NCBI GenBank assembly: GCA_951406725.2
Contig: OX597814.1
Span: 22,692,001-22,756,000, forward strand
From: Octopus vulgaris
Lineage: Eukaryota
Reading direction: 5' to 3'
DNA length: 64,000 nucleotides
This document shows, piece by piece, positions 1-13,336 of the stretch (its first letter is position 1; every line of letters begins with the position of its first letter). A program made the position numbers and the translations under genes. A model generated the notes under the pieces. The model was not told the DNA's origin. It saw only the letters and a program-made list of their open reading frames with translations, and did no database searches.

Positions 1-1335
1 TGCATTACAGACATGAATTGTTGAAGTTTCATGTCGATGTCTGGCGAGGATAGACATTCAGGCCAGTTTTGTTTGAGGATATCTTTCTCAATTTGTTTCC
101 AGTTTGCCTTATGGAAGTTCAAGCTGGAAAGATTCTGAGAGTTTCTTGTAGGCTACATGTCAATGCTTCCCTTTGGCCTGTACATGGTCAGCTCTACCAT
201 GTTGTGATCCGAGAGTAGTGTCGGCGTCACTTTCACATTATGGATGAGATCCATATTATTTGTGAAGCAGAGATCCAGTATGTTACCTGCCCTGGTTGGT
301 TGGAGTATTACTTGTTCCATGTACAGAGTGTTGATGAGATTCAGGAGGGACCTCGCCTGTCCTCGTTCACATCGTGTCATTCCTGGGAGAGAAAGGCCCT
401 CGGGCCATCTGACATTGGGTAGATTGAGGTCTCCCATAAGAAGTACACTTATGTGTTGTTCTGTGACTAGAACTTCTATTTTTATAAGGCAGTCTTCAAA
501 CTTGCCCACATGGCTTGGGGCATCTGGAGGGCGATATGTAGCACATATAGCTACGCCAAGTTGCCTTATATGTACAATTAGTGTGTCACACACCGAGTTT
601 GAGTATGACAAAAGGACCTGGGGTGTGAGGTCCTCACGGATGTACATATCAACTCCTCCATGGCTCCCTTCTTTTCTGTCGGGTCGTAGTACAACATACT
701 GTGGTATGTGTATTTCCGCATCTGCTATATCCGGTTTCAGGTGTGTTTCCGTAAGTGCTATGCATAAGGCTTGATTGCATGCAACAAAGTCTCTCAAGAA
801 CGGGATTTTTGTCCTATTACTGAGTGTTAGCAGTCTTCTGATGTTCAGTAGAAGCATCGAGGTGAGGTGTATACTGTTGCCAGCGGTGTCCACCTTGGGT
901 CTATTTGCTGTGGCGGTCTTGTGTATTGTGGATAGTCCCATCTGCGAGTTTGAGTTTGATGGAGCCAGGTTAGCTGCTGTACAATCTTTTGTGCCATGCA
1001 CAAAAAAAGATTCTTGTTCAGCAGCTGCCCTTTCAATAACATGTTGGCGATTTGTGGCACGCACCACATCTGCGTACCTCCGTTTTGGGGCAGGTGGTGC
1101 GTGGTCCATTCCTTTTCCTTTTGGTAATTGGTTTCTGACCTGTTTCGTGTTTATGTGGCAGGGTCTTTGATGTGCAAAACGGCAGCCTGCACCTTCCTCT
1201 CCATGCCAGCAGACACCTTTCAGGTGAAATTTACACATTCGTGTGCGCTGTCTGTTTCTATCCGTTTTGGTACATGGATAGTCAGGTTTGCTTCTATCCT
1301 TGGCTGTTTCATCTTTTGTTTTTCTTTTAGTTTTT
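1..1335 (-). mobile_element. Non-LTR retrotransposon (CR1/L2-like LINE) 5' part: CCCH zinc finger plus AP-endonuclease, running off the window start
   Basis: ORF 153-1238 has [22 protein letters not shown] (CCCH) and APE motifs NIR, LTETHL, YRPP, MGDLN, TRAGNILDLCF and SDHN. The frame continues past the TAG at 153-155 (PTRNSQNLSSLNFHKANWKQI...), so that stop is premature. Confidence 0.9.
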
Positions 1336-1442
1336 TATATATATTCATATACACACACATATATATATACATATATACACATATATATATATATACACAC
1401 ACACACATATATATATATATATACACATATATATATATACAT

Positions 1443-1473
<31 letters not shown>

Positions 1474-1478
1474 CATAC

Positions 1479-1511
<33 letters not shown>

Positions 1512-1586
1512 CACACACACATATATATATATATATATACACATATATATACACACATATATATACACATACATATATATATATAC

Positions 1587-1633
<47 letters not shown>

Positions 1634-1706
1634 TATATATATACATATATATACATATATATATATACATATATATACATATATACACATATATATACAT
1701 ATATAC

Positions 1707-1739
<33 letters not shown>

Positions 1740-1834
1740 CATATATATACACATATATATACATATATATATACACATATATATACATATAAATATACAC
1801 ACACAAACACACACACATATATGTATGTATGTAT
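1336..1834. repeat. Compound (TA)n/(CA)n microsatellite, ~500 bp
   Basis: Directly visible; it generates the YIYI/HTHT pseudo-ORFs. Confidence 0.97.
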
Positions 1835-1835
1835 A

Positions 1836-2110
1836 CTAGCAGAGATATCCAGCGTTGCTCGGGTTTAAAATGGCATAATTTGTATATATTACAGTTATGT
1901 TGAAACAGGTGATATGGTAACGGACAGCATTGACAACAAAACATTTGTGCAATAAATTATGGACTAATTCGACTAAGCAACATGCTATGCGTCCGTTTGG
2001 AGTAGTTCAGGCCCTAGCCGTTGGGGGTTACGTGATTTTTAAACGCTGTCAGTGGATATACTTTTTTTTGCTTTTGCAGCAGTCGGCGCTGTGTCTAACA
2101 CGAACCATCA
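1836..2110 (-). mobile_element. Helitron-like non-autonomous element, 3' end
   Basis: Minus strand ends ACCCGAGCAACGCTGGATATCTCTGCTAG|T, a short GC hairpin before CTAG followed by T. A homologous end lies at 51664-51693. Upstream boundary uncertain. Confidence 0.6.
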
Positions 2111-2124
2111 TCTAAAATGTTGGC

Positions 2125-3925
2125 ACCATCTTCGGGCTCGTTGTCCAAAATCACTCATACTTTAATTTGTAGATACGCATCAGACAGATCCAGTTTCGAA
2201 AATATTTTGCCACCATTTAATTTTGCAAAAATATTCTCTGGAGTTGGCAGTGGATATTAGCATATTTTTAGACATTCAAACCAGTAAAAAAGTCAGCACA
2301 GACTCTGATTTTTAATTACAAACAGTTGGTGCTGCCCACTTAGAATAATCTACTTTTTGAATAATTCCCATCTTCTCCAGTCTGTCTAATTCTTCCTCTA
2401 TCTGCTTTATCGCAGCAAATGGGACCTTTCTGTTAGGTTTGAATTCAAGTACGATGTTTTCCTTCATTTGAAAACAGGCTTCAGTCTTAGAACAGAGACC
2501 TAATTTATCAGTTAACAAGTTCTTTAATTATTTTCTTCCATTCAGCTGCTGAGTTATTTTCACTGGTGGGACAGCTATTTACTTTTTTACAGAACAGACT
2601 TATGTGGCGGTCCCATAAGTCAAACGACTCTAACCAGTCCGTATTGAATAGATTAGTTGCGTTTTTTTACCAAGAAAACTTTTGTCTTACAGGTTTACCA
2701 CGAAATGTGATATCACACCACATTTTGCATACGCAGTGTAGTTTTTCACCTGTCACGCCTCGTTCAATTTTTGATGTTTTTTCTTTACGTAGGTTCTCAA
2801 TTCTTTTCCAGGTGTCGTTATCAATAATCAAGATGTTGCTACCAGTATCTAGTTGTTATTTAATATTCACTTCGTTTACTTTTATATGTATAAATTTCCT
2901 GTTTGGTGTAGCTTCTATTTACCATTGAGAAAACTTTAGAATGTTTGATGTTCGACCTTATTAACTTTGCTCTGCAAAGTGAGCTCTTGTGTCCTATTTT
3001 TTTGTAACTGTAGCATTTTTGTACTTTGAAAGGACAATCCTTCCCGAAATTTAGGACACCAAATCCGTAGCATGGGTTTGGACTTAACATTTTTGTTTGT
3101 TTATACTTTCCCGGTCGGCATGCTTGTACTTGCGATAACTCTTTCTCTTCAATTTTCTTGACGTCCTGACATAAGTTTATCATTCTTTGACACTCCTCTG
3201 CAGGGTTAAAATTTGGTCAGCTTACTCAAGTTTTGTGAGAATTCTTGCACGTATCTCCGCATCTTTATTTGCCGTAAGCCCTTGTACAAAACTGAAGCAC
3301 TTAAACATATCAAAAGTGAGTTCCATCACTGTAAACATTTCGCTCATTCTGTTTACAGTCCTGGCATACGTGACAAAGTCTTCTTCCTCTCTTCTAACTA
3401 GATTCCAACTCTACCAACGAGTGTTAAATAGAGAGCCCTTATCACTGAATATTTTTGATAGTAGTTCGACTGTTTCCTGGAAACAAATTTCACTAGTTTT
3501 TGGGGGTAGTATGAAATTACAATATTTTTCATGTTCAACCGGCGCTGATTTATGTAATAATAGTTAACAACTTTGTATTACAAAAGATCGTTAACTGACC
3601 TGCGTGAGCTTCGAACCCGCGTCGCCAATATTGTAACGTAGCTATTCGTCGCCAATTATTGTAGTATCTCCACTATTTATGACGATACTTGTTTACACTA
3701 TAACCGTGTAGTAACAATAAACATATAACGAAGCAGGGTAACAACAACATAACAATCCAACAAACTCTCCATGAACTATACCGGAACCAATAAAAGAGTT
3801 TCCGACAAGCTACCTTACGACTTCCTGCGATTAACGCCTATTCGTCCTATCTCACTCAGACCGCTACTATTTATAGTCGTTTGGTTAGTCTATTCATGCA
3901 GATGGGTGTCGTGACCCTCACCACA
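2125..3925 (-). mobile_element. Ty3/Gypsy LTR retrotransposon fragment (5' LTR, PBS, decayed gag-protease-RT; 3' truncated)
   Basis: RT motifs KVPFAAIKQIEEELDRLEKMGII..YSKWAAP, IRVCADF and KIFSKLDLSDAYLQI. Degenerate gag zinc knuckles (CYGFG..CPFKVQKCYSYKKIGHKSSLC). TGGCGAC PBS next to a TG...CA-bounded segment. Confidence 0.88.
3660..3925 (-). repeat. Probable 5' LTR of the Gypsy element
   Basis: On the minus strand it starts TGTGGTGAGG (3925) and ends ACTACA (3660), contains CTATAAATA (TATA-like), and is followed by a TGGCGAC PBS. Confidence 0.6.
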
Positions 3926-4723
3926 CCAATTATGCTATTCGTGGATCTCCTAAACTTTTTTCAAGCCGCATCTTAGTTTTGTATTATTGCAATTAGTGAT
4001 AAGATCATGGTTCAAAATAACCTAACAAATGGTTAGATTTGCTACTTCCTTGGTTGATATATTTACTAACTTTGTGATAGTTGGAGGTAGTTGTAGTTTT
4101 TATCCACGTCATATCTTCGTTATTGCCTGATTATTTGTAGTGAAATACCTAGAAAATGTAGCGGTTTTTAGATTGGTACTGAAATTGATTTTCAAGTTCC
4201 ACGCTATAAACAAGTCCTAACTTAGTGTAGGCCCGTAGCACAGCTAGTGCTTTTAACGGTATATTTTTATTATTTCTGAGACGAACTTGTAGGAGCAAAA
4301 CTATAATACTCTTGTAGCAATCGACTATAATCTTACAGTACATGCATGTGTTTGTGTGTGTGTGATTGTGATTGTGATTGAGTCTGTGTGTGCTTATAAA
4401 ATACTGAATGCTTACTTGATTATTTAAACCATATGAGCACGTTCAGTTATATTTCGATATTATTACAACCTATGATGAATTCCACATGATATCCAATAAA
4501 ATTAATAAAATATTGAAAACTATATAAACGAACTCCTTCATTTGACTTTCGTAATTACACATGCTCACATGTAGACACATATACACCCTCATACTCCTTC
4601 ATTGAGAAATACTCACAAACATAGGCATTTTTTGTATACTGCACTATAACTGAAATACATTCTACCGATTAAAAAAGATCACATATTATATAAGCCAGAC
4701 ATAAATAGTTCAGTTTTTCAATA

Positions 4724-4766
4724 GACACACACACACAAATACACACTCACTCACACACACACACAC

Positions 4767-4803
<37 letters not shown>
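4724..4803. repeat. (CA)n microsatellite
   Basis: Directly visible. Confidence 0.95.
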
Positions 4804-4804
<1 letters not shown>

Positions 4805-5438
4805 TAGGGTATTAACAAATACTCTGACGAAGCTACGATAACAAGATATCAATTGATTGGAATGAATCAACAGTTGCCCTGTGACATAAATTCAGATCAA
4901 TAAAAACGCTTTTACGTTTTTCAACCATTATAATGTAGTTGACATTAAATGAAAGTTGCAGTAATCTTTAGTATAGCGTGACTGGGTGAATATCCTGTAT
5001 GAAAGCAAAACAGCTGGTTTAGAATTTTCGTTATATTTTTATAGGTAAACCGTTGTATCACATCAATATAATTGCATTGGGTGTCTACATATACTGCTGA
5101 CTCCATTGAATTCTATTATAATATATCTTGTGATTAAGTAATCCTAATTCTGCCTGGAATAAGTGGGTAATTTCAGATAGTATTCAAATGCCTTGACTAC
5201 TCTTCTAAAGTGAATTTTATAATAACCATTGCAACATCATCACAGATATTAAAATAGTAATTATCTTTTATATATTATTTAGCTTTAGAATTTTCTGCTG
5301 CAACTGTTATTCAAACAAATGAAAATATTGTTTGTTGAAAATATTTTTCGGAAATTTTATTGTACGAAATAACTTCCTCATTTTGTGTAATTATTTCTCT
5401 CATGTGTATGCACCACTGTCTACTAATTTATTCAATAG

Positions 5439-5660
5439 TCTCTCTCTCTCTCTCTCTGTCTGTCTCTGTCTGTCTCTGTCTGTCTGTCTGTCTGTCTCGC
5501 TGTCTCTCCGTCTCATTCTGTTTCTCTTTCTCACAGACATGCGCACACATACAGACGTACATTTATAAATACATGCTTACATGCACACACACACACACAC
5601 ACACACACGCTCGCACGCACGCGCGCGCGCGCTCACACACACACACACACACACACACAT
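5439..5660. repeat. (TC)n/(TCTG)n and (CA)n-(CG)n-(CA)n microsatellites
   Basis: Directly visible. Confidence 0.9.
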
Positions 5661-6794
5661 ATTCCAAAGTGGTGTGCTTTTGTTCAAGAACATGGATGAC
5701 ATATAAGTAAAAGTAACCAAATAAAAGAACATACATGCACATACACATAATTTCATAAGCGGTAGTTTCGTTATTTGCCACAATGATTGATTCCTGAAAT
5801 GAAATGGTATGAAGCTTTCAGAAAAGTGAACGTAAACGCAGATATCTTCATTACTGTATGCAAGTGTGTGCTGACCATTTTGAAAATAATAGCAAATAAA
5901 ACATTTCAGTGAGCACTTCGCCTAAAGCCGTTAACAAAAGGCAATTTTTTTACACAAGCGATTACACACATTTATGCGAAAACTTCTGTAGGTATGTCTT
6001 CCTCTTTTAATCTAGTTTTTACTTATACGTAAATCTCGAAACAGGTAAAATGATTAGTAATGTTTTTAATCGATAAGAATCTACGCACTTCAAAGTATTT
6101 TGCAACTATGCTTCATTTATTTCTCTTCTCCTTCGCAGAATTTTTCATATGGAATGCTGTACACGATTTTCTCGCTTTCTGAATTTATCCGTAAAATTAC
6201 ACTGTCAATAATAAAATGCAGGTGTTACCATTTCAGATCTTTAGCCTTATGTAGACGTATGCGGTATTAATCAACATCATAAAATGGCAATTCAGCAGTG
6301 AATTGCCATCTCCGTGAAAATTTTAGCAAGCATACCGGGCTGCTGAACACAGTTTCATATAAATATATGTTTCTCATTTCGAGCGTCTAGTTCGATATTT
6401 CTGCCTTATAACTGCTGTTTTATCAGACCATCTTTTTATATTAGCAATTTTCAAATTATATAAATGCATATGTATATGCATATGTATGCATATACGTATG
6501 AATATGTATGCATGCATGTATGTACGCATGCATGTATGTATGTATGTATGTATGTATGTATGTATGTATGTATGTATAGATCTGAATTATATATTTGCAG
6601 AAGTACGCTTTTGTATACTCCATATTTACCATATATTTTATGTTGCTTACTAACGTTTCATCTGTCTCCCCACCATGCTCTTTCTGTTTTTCTCAGTATC
6701 TATTGCTACATGCGCACATACACCAAATACACACACACACGCACACATACATAGATATATACTTGTATGCCTATAAACATATATACAAACAGTA

Positions 6795-7008
<214 letters not shown>

Positions 7009-7294
7009 GCGCAATGGCTCAGTGAATGTGTGTGTGTAAGGGAGAGAGATAGAGAGAGTGTGTATGTCCTGGGCTGGTTGGCTCATGATTGTCATGAAAA
7101 GTCATGAATATCGCAGCCAGAGGCTAGATTCTGACCAGACTGTCAACATCTGATATAATAAACATATCTATCCTGTCTACGGAAAATAACGATTTCGTTT
7201 TACATCAGATAACGTTTGGACTAAGAAAAGTATATTTTTGATATACTCAACAACATTTACATTACCATATGCATACATACGTACACGTATTTTT

Positions 7295-7515
<221 letters not shown>

Positions 7516-8221
7516 TTGTTTTAAGGTTTTATTTATTAATTCATTGCTGTTCACTCTTCATTAATTTTATTATTGTAGCCTAGCCGCTGATGATCTTTTT
7601 TTTATATATTTCATGTTTCTGTTTTTTTTTTCATTTACTTATTCGTCGGTTGGTCTTATTTTACTTGTTAGTTTTGTAATCATATTCTGCTTATTTATAA
7701 TTGTGCGACTGTGCAATTTTTGACGTTGAGCAATCCAATTGTTATCCTGTATTCGTTGGTTGAGTGCATAATCGTATCCCTTTTCGATTAATTATATCTT
7801 GTTTTCCAACTTCATTAGTTTATTCATTTGATATCGATCACAACGTCATGTTTAATTTCACTAAAATTATCCATCAGTTTACTTCATAAATTCTTACTTA
7901 ATATCTGATTCCATTGGGCTTCTGTATTTTATATTGTGTGTCTTTAAATCCTGGAGTTGATTTTTCTTACTCTTATTTCTTTCTTAGTTATTGTTAGCAT
8001 TTCTGTGCACCTACTATCGTTTCCTCTACCATTGCACCATCAAGCATTTACTCTGTTGGTTGTTTGGACCAGATTTTAAACTGATTTTATCATTGCCTGA
8101 AAAGCAATATCACCTCGTTTCTTCTGTTAAACAAGCATATTACTTCACTTCACCATTCTCGTCATCTCACACACTCAGTTACCAATAAGGAGAATACTTA
8201 GATCTATAAGAAAATTATATA

Positions 8222-8613
8222 GGAGTGGCTGTGGAGTGGCTGTGTGTTAAGTAGCTTGCTTACCAACCACATGGTTCCGGGTTCAGTCCCATTGCGTGGC
8301 ACCTTGGGCAAGTGTCTTCTACTATAGACCAAAGCCTTGTGAGTGGATTTGGTAGACGGAAACTGAAAGAAGCCCGTCATATATATGTGTGTATGTGTGT
8401 GTATATGTTTGTGTGTCTGTGTTTCTTCCCCATCCTCGCTTGACAACCGATGGTAGTGTGTTTACGTCCCCGTAACTTAGCGGTTCGGCGAAAGATACCG
8501 ATAGAATAAGTACTAGGCTTACAAAGAATAAGTCCTGGGATCGTTTTGCTCGACTAAAGGCGGTGTTCCAGCATGGTCACAGTCAAATGACTGAAACAAG
8601 TAAAAGAGTAAGA
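8222..8613 (+). mobile_element. tRNA-derived SINE, family A, near full length
   Basis: Head with A-box-like GTGGCTGTGTG and B-box-like GGGTTCAGTCCC, then GGCACCTTGGGCAAGTG, ending in tail ACTGAAACAAGTAAAAGAGTAAGAG. Homologous copies at 14088, 16500 and 44925. Confidence 0.88.
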
Positions 8614-8719
8614 GTTATGATAGTTGAATCTGTTTTTAGTTAGATTCGTCTGATATTTTTCATGTGAAAAGCGATCATCTAGGGTCTTCCTCTTTGCCTC
8701 ACGTTTATCTATCTTTCTA

Positions 8720-9042
8720 TTGGCACTCCGTTGGTTACGACAACGAGGGTTCCAAGTGATCCGATCAACGGCACATCCTGCTCGTGAAATTAACGTGCTA
8801 GTAGTTGAGCACGCCACAAACGTAAGTACCCTTAAAGTAGTCCTCAGGGAGATTCAGCATGATACGAAATGTGACAAGGCTGGTCCTTTGAAACAGATAC
8901 TACTTAGTTTTGCCGGATGAGTGGACTGGAGCAATATGAAATAAAGTGTCTTGCTGAAGGACACAACGCGTCGCCGAGAATTGAAATCACGATCTTACGA
9001 TCGTAAGCCGAATGGCCTAACCACTAAGCCACGCGCCTTCAC
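8720..9042 (-). mobile_element. tRNA-derived SINE, family C
   Basis: Minus head GTGAAGGCGCGTGGCTTAGTGGTTAGG...TTTCAATTCTC and GTGTCCTTCAGCAAGACAC. Related head at 29925-30178. Confidence 0.8.
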
Positions 9043-10247
9043 ATCGATCTTTAACAGTATAAAAAATGGGTGATGAATGTGTATCCTCATAGGGTGTTGA
9101 TACAGATTTCACGCTGTAAATATTTTTGAGCTGTTTTCAACTCCTACTGAAATTGACTGAATCTCTTAATTTTACAGAAGTTATACAATATATATATTAT
9201 AAAGCACTACTTCGTAATGTATGTTAAAATTCTGTATTTCTCTATTGAATTGAACGTATCATGAATTGAAAACCATGGAACGGTGTTTATCTTTTCATAC
9301 AGCTTCTTATGTAAGCCATCAGCTTACGAAAGATATACATTGCAGTAGTAAAGGACAAACTGAATGTATCTCATCTCCAGGCAAAGATCCAGTATATAAA
9401 AAAATTGTAAAACAAGATAACTGGTGAAGCTAACAACAGATGACATACTCGTCATTTACGTATTATCTATGCTGTTTATTGCAAGAGACTCTGTCACTTT
9501 GTATGGCCCATTCAGCTACCGTTTAAAGAATGGAAAGATAGACAAATTGTATAATGTAGTATCTGAAACACTACGACTGGAAACAAGATGGAATAGTTTT
9601 GTTTTGAATAGCTTTGATCGTAGATCTACTCGATGAAAGCCGATTTAGGAAGAAAAAGCTAGAAAAGTAACAAGTACAATGACTTGTCTCTAATTAATAT
9701 AAATATTTCGAATAAATTGGAGTAAATTTATTTGGCAACTAATTAGCGAAGATTGCGTGAGAGAGACCCCGTTGTGAGCGAAAGACTGTTAACTTTAGCT
9801 TGTCTAGTTCTTAGAATCAAAGAGCACCAAACTAAAGTTGTATTGTACAACATTCGCTATTTTATTACAGTTCACTATCACAATTATTACATTATAGAAT
9901 TTTAAAAAATCTTCGTCAGTTGCATAAAGGTATTAACACTATTCACATTAAAGATTTTTATAAACTTTTGTGATAAGTCTAATTAGTATGCAACTATGTA
10001 TGCATAAAACAAGCCATTATCACGAAGTTTTAATTAATCATAGATATACCCAGCTTAGAAATAGAAGAAAATATAAACTAGTTAATGAAATTACGAAAAA
10101 AAAAATACAAGACCAATGAAAATGAATGGAAATGGAAAGCAAATTGAAATATGTATGTATACGCATATGTGTAGATTAAGAGTATATTATACTACATATA
10201 TATATACGTACGCTTATGTGTGTAGACGTTTAGATACAAACCATACA

Positions 10248-10328
<81 letters not shown>

Positions 10329-11810
10329 TTACACATACATAAATGTTCACTCACACATACACATGCACACATATATTTATATATTTATATGTGTGTGTTT
10401 GAAATTGTGCAAGTATATATGTGCATATGTGTATGTGTGTGTGTGTGTGAATGTGCGTGAGGTGGGGCGGCGTGAATGAATACATCAAGTTATTTTTTCA
10501 TATCTTATTAACAAATTAAAATAGAAATAATTAGGAAATGCTTTCGTCTTGTGAAAATAATCATATTCTTATGTAAAGACTTCTCATAAATTTGCACAAA
10601 GCAAAAACAATTATTTAATATCATTCATTTCTTTTTGTTAATACTACACAATTAAATATATAATAACAATTTTTCGACATGGTATGCATGTCGCAAAGGA
10701 ACTGGAAAGTATGTTGCTTTGGCCATTTCTATTGAAACCCCAGTCAACGTTTATACTTTCGATATATTTGATCATCTTAGCCACATTATTTCTTCCTTCT
10801 GAGGGTTCCTCCATACCTCTTAAATAACAGTTGATATTCTAGTTGGTATTCAATAAGACGAAGCAAGGTTAAATTGTTTAAAAGTTCTCTTCGTTGCTAT
10901 GCAGTTCTGAGTTAAATCCAATCGCGTGATATCTTAGACAAATGCCATTTAACATCGCCTCGACTAAGACTTGTGAGTAAAACCAGATAAACGAAAGCTG
11001 AAACACGATGACTGATATTTTACTCTATAATTCAAATAGCCATATTCATCCTATGTTCACTTGTTACAGTAATACTGATACTGACTGAGGCTGAGGATTG
11101 CATTGAAGACACATATAACAAATGATATATTTTGGTTAATCTAAACTTTGGGACACAATGACAAGAAGTAAGTTGAAATATTGTTTTGAATACATTTAAT
11201 CACATCTCTACTCGATTATAGCTGATCTGGATTGAAAAAAGCAGCAATAACAACGACTGTAATGACCCACGTTTCATTCACATAATTATTCCGACCAAAT
11301 TGGAATACATCTATTTACTAATTAGTGAAGCTTCTGCGAGACAGAGCCTTCACCCTCATTGTAAGTATGTAACAACTACTAATGTTAGCTCGTCTTGCCC
11401 TTAGAATCAAACAATATCGAGCTAAAGTAAGCATTGTACTCAGCCACCGAAACTATTACTCAATGAGTTGGCGGTTTTCTCATTGTGCACATGATTACTG
11501 AGCGTCGAGGCCGATAGATGGTCCATTCATGTAGAATACAATACATTAACTAATATTCTTTTCTTTATTTAAAAGGATATAAAGTTATGTGAGAGCGCTT
11601 TGAATGGTTTGTGTGTGTGTGTGTGCACGTGTGTGTGTTTAGGTGAATATGTATGTGTATGTGTGTGTATATGCGTAGGCGCTGTGTAATCAAATGCTTA
11701 AGAATTACTAAGTCTTAGGTTCCATAGCACAGCTAGGCATCTTTGACAAGTATCATTTTCTACATAACCCCGGGTCGGAGTAAAATTTGGTTGAAAGAAA
11801 CTGTGTGAAA

Positions 11811-12045
11811 GGCGGCGAGCTGGCAGAAACGTTAGCACGCTGGGTGAAATGTTTTGCGGTATTTCGTCTGCCGCTACGTTCTGAGTTCAAATTCCGCCGA
11901 GGTCGACTTTGCCTTTCATCCTTTCGAGGTTGATAAATTAAGTACCACTTACGCACTGGGATCGATATAATCGACTTAATCCATTTGTCTGTCCTTGTTT
12001 GTCCCCTCTGTGTGTAGCCCCTTGTGGGTAATAAAGAAATAAGAA
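11811..12045 (+). mobile_element. tRNA-derived SINE, family B, nested in an older degenerate family A-like SINE (~11680-12065)
   Basis: Head GGCGGCGAGCTGGCAGAAACG, B-box GAGTTCAAATTCC, central GTCGACTTTGCCTTTCATCCTTTCG and tail AAAGAAATAAG. AAGAAACTGT is repeated on both flanks. Confidence 0.88.
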
Positions 12046-12865
12046 ACTGTACGGAAGCCCGTCAGGTGGATCATATCTGTAATTTAAACGGCCAACTTCG
12101 TCATATTTTGTTACACGAATTCCCCTGAAAATTACGTTAATGATGATGATGATGACATCGATAATGACGATGACGATGATAGCGAGAAAGGAATTAAAAA
12201 GAGACAAGCGTCGATGCAAATATAAAATATATGACAGTCAATAGCCGATGGAGTTTGATTAACGGATAGAAATCTGCTTTGATGGGTTGGTAATAGTGAC
12301 GGTGGTGTTGGTGGCAGCGGCGACGGTGGTGCTAGCGGTGGTGGTGGCGTCGGTAATGACTCCGGTGGAGGTAGGGATGGTGGTAGGTCACTGCACCGAA
12401 AACAAAAACTGGCAGAATGGTTTTGTTTATTAGACATAACGTGTGTAAGCGAGTGTGACATGCGACAGTGTACACTGTGTACGTAAGCGTAAAATATTGT
12501 GTTCGCGCAGCGCGCATACACGAGTTTACATGTGAAAGACAAGTTTTATGCGTAGGAATATGTGTACTTGTGAGTATGTAGTGCATGAGACGTAGAGAAT
12601 ATGAAAAACTGTAGTTCTGTATGCGTGTGTTTAAGAGAGTGAAAGAAAATGGGATGGGATGAAAATATATGTATTTGGGAGAGCATGTGTTATGCGTTCT
12701 TACATGATATTTTCAGGAGAAAAAGAGAGGGTTTGTGGTACTCTTAGGAACGTTTGTTTGAACTGGTAAGAGAAATGCAGAACTCACACAGTAGACCTAG
12801 CCGATATACTTCCAACAGAGTAGACTTTATTAAAGAGGCCCAAGGGTCAGGTAGCAGTATTAACC

Positions 12866-13012
12866 CCCAGTGAGTAACTGGTACTTAATTTATCGACCCC
12901 GAAAGGATGAAAGGCAAAGTCGACCTCGGCGGAATTTGAACTCACAACGTAGCGGCAGACGAAATACGGCTACGCATTTCGCCCGGCGTGCTAAAGCTTC
13001 TGCCAGCTCGCC
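12866..13012 (-). mobile_element. 3'-truncated family B SINE with 35-bp flanking direct repeat
   Basis: TAAAGAGGCCCAAGGGTCAGGTAGCAGTATTAACC occurs at 12831-12865 and 13013-13047. Confidence 0.9.
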
Positions 13013-13115
13013 TAAAGAGGCCCAAGGGTCAGGTAGCAGTATTAACCGGGTGAGTGATTAAGTCTACGAGCCAATGATTCTGTGTGTGTGTGTGTTTATG
13101 TGTGTGTGTGTGTGT

Positions 13116-13157
<42 letters not shown>

Positions 13158-13298
13158 ATGTGAGTTAGAAAGAAAGACTATGTGTTTCTTTAAGTGAGAG
13201 CAAGTATGTATACACTCGAGAGTACGAGCTTGCATGATAGATAGTAAGCTTACCAAAGCATAGTGAAAGTACAGTAATTAACGGTTTATCTTTATAGA

Positions 13299-13336
<38 letters not shown>

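Noticed and set aside
1128-1944. Long [12 protein letters not shown] ORFs here and at many other sites
   Set aside because: They are translations of dinucleotide and tetranucleotide microsatellites, not genes.
7025-7180. Possible solo LTR after a SINE head fragment
   Set aside because: AATAAA is present, but there are no clear TG...CA ends or TSD.
12132-12586. Pro/Ser-rich ORF as a host exon
   Set aside because: It derives from degenerate (GGT)n/(GAT)n low-complexity sequence with no domain evidence.
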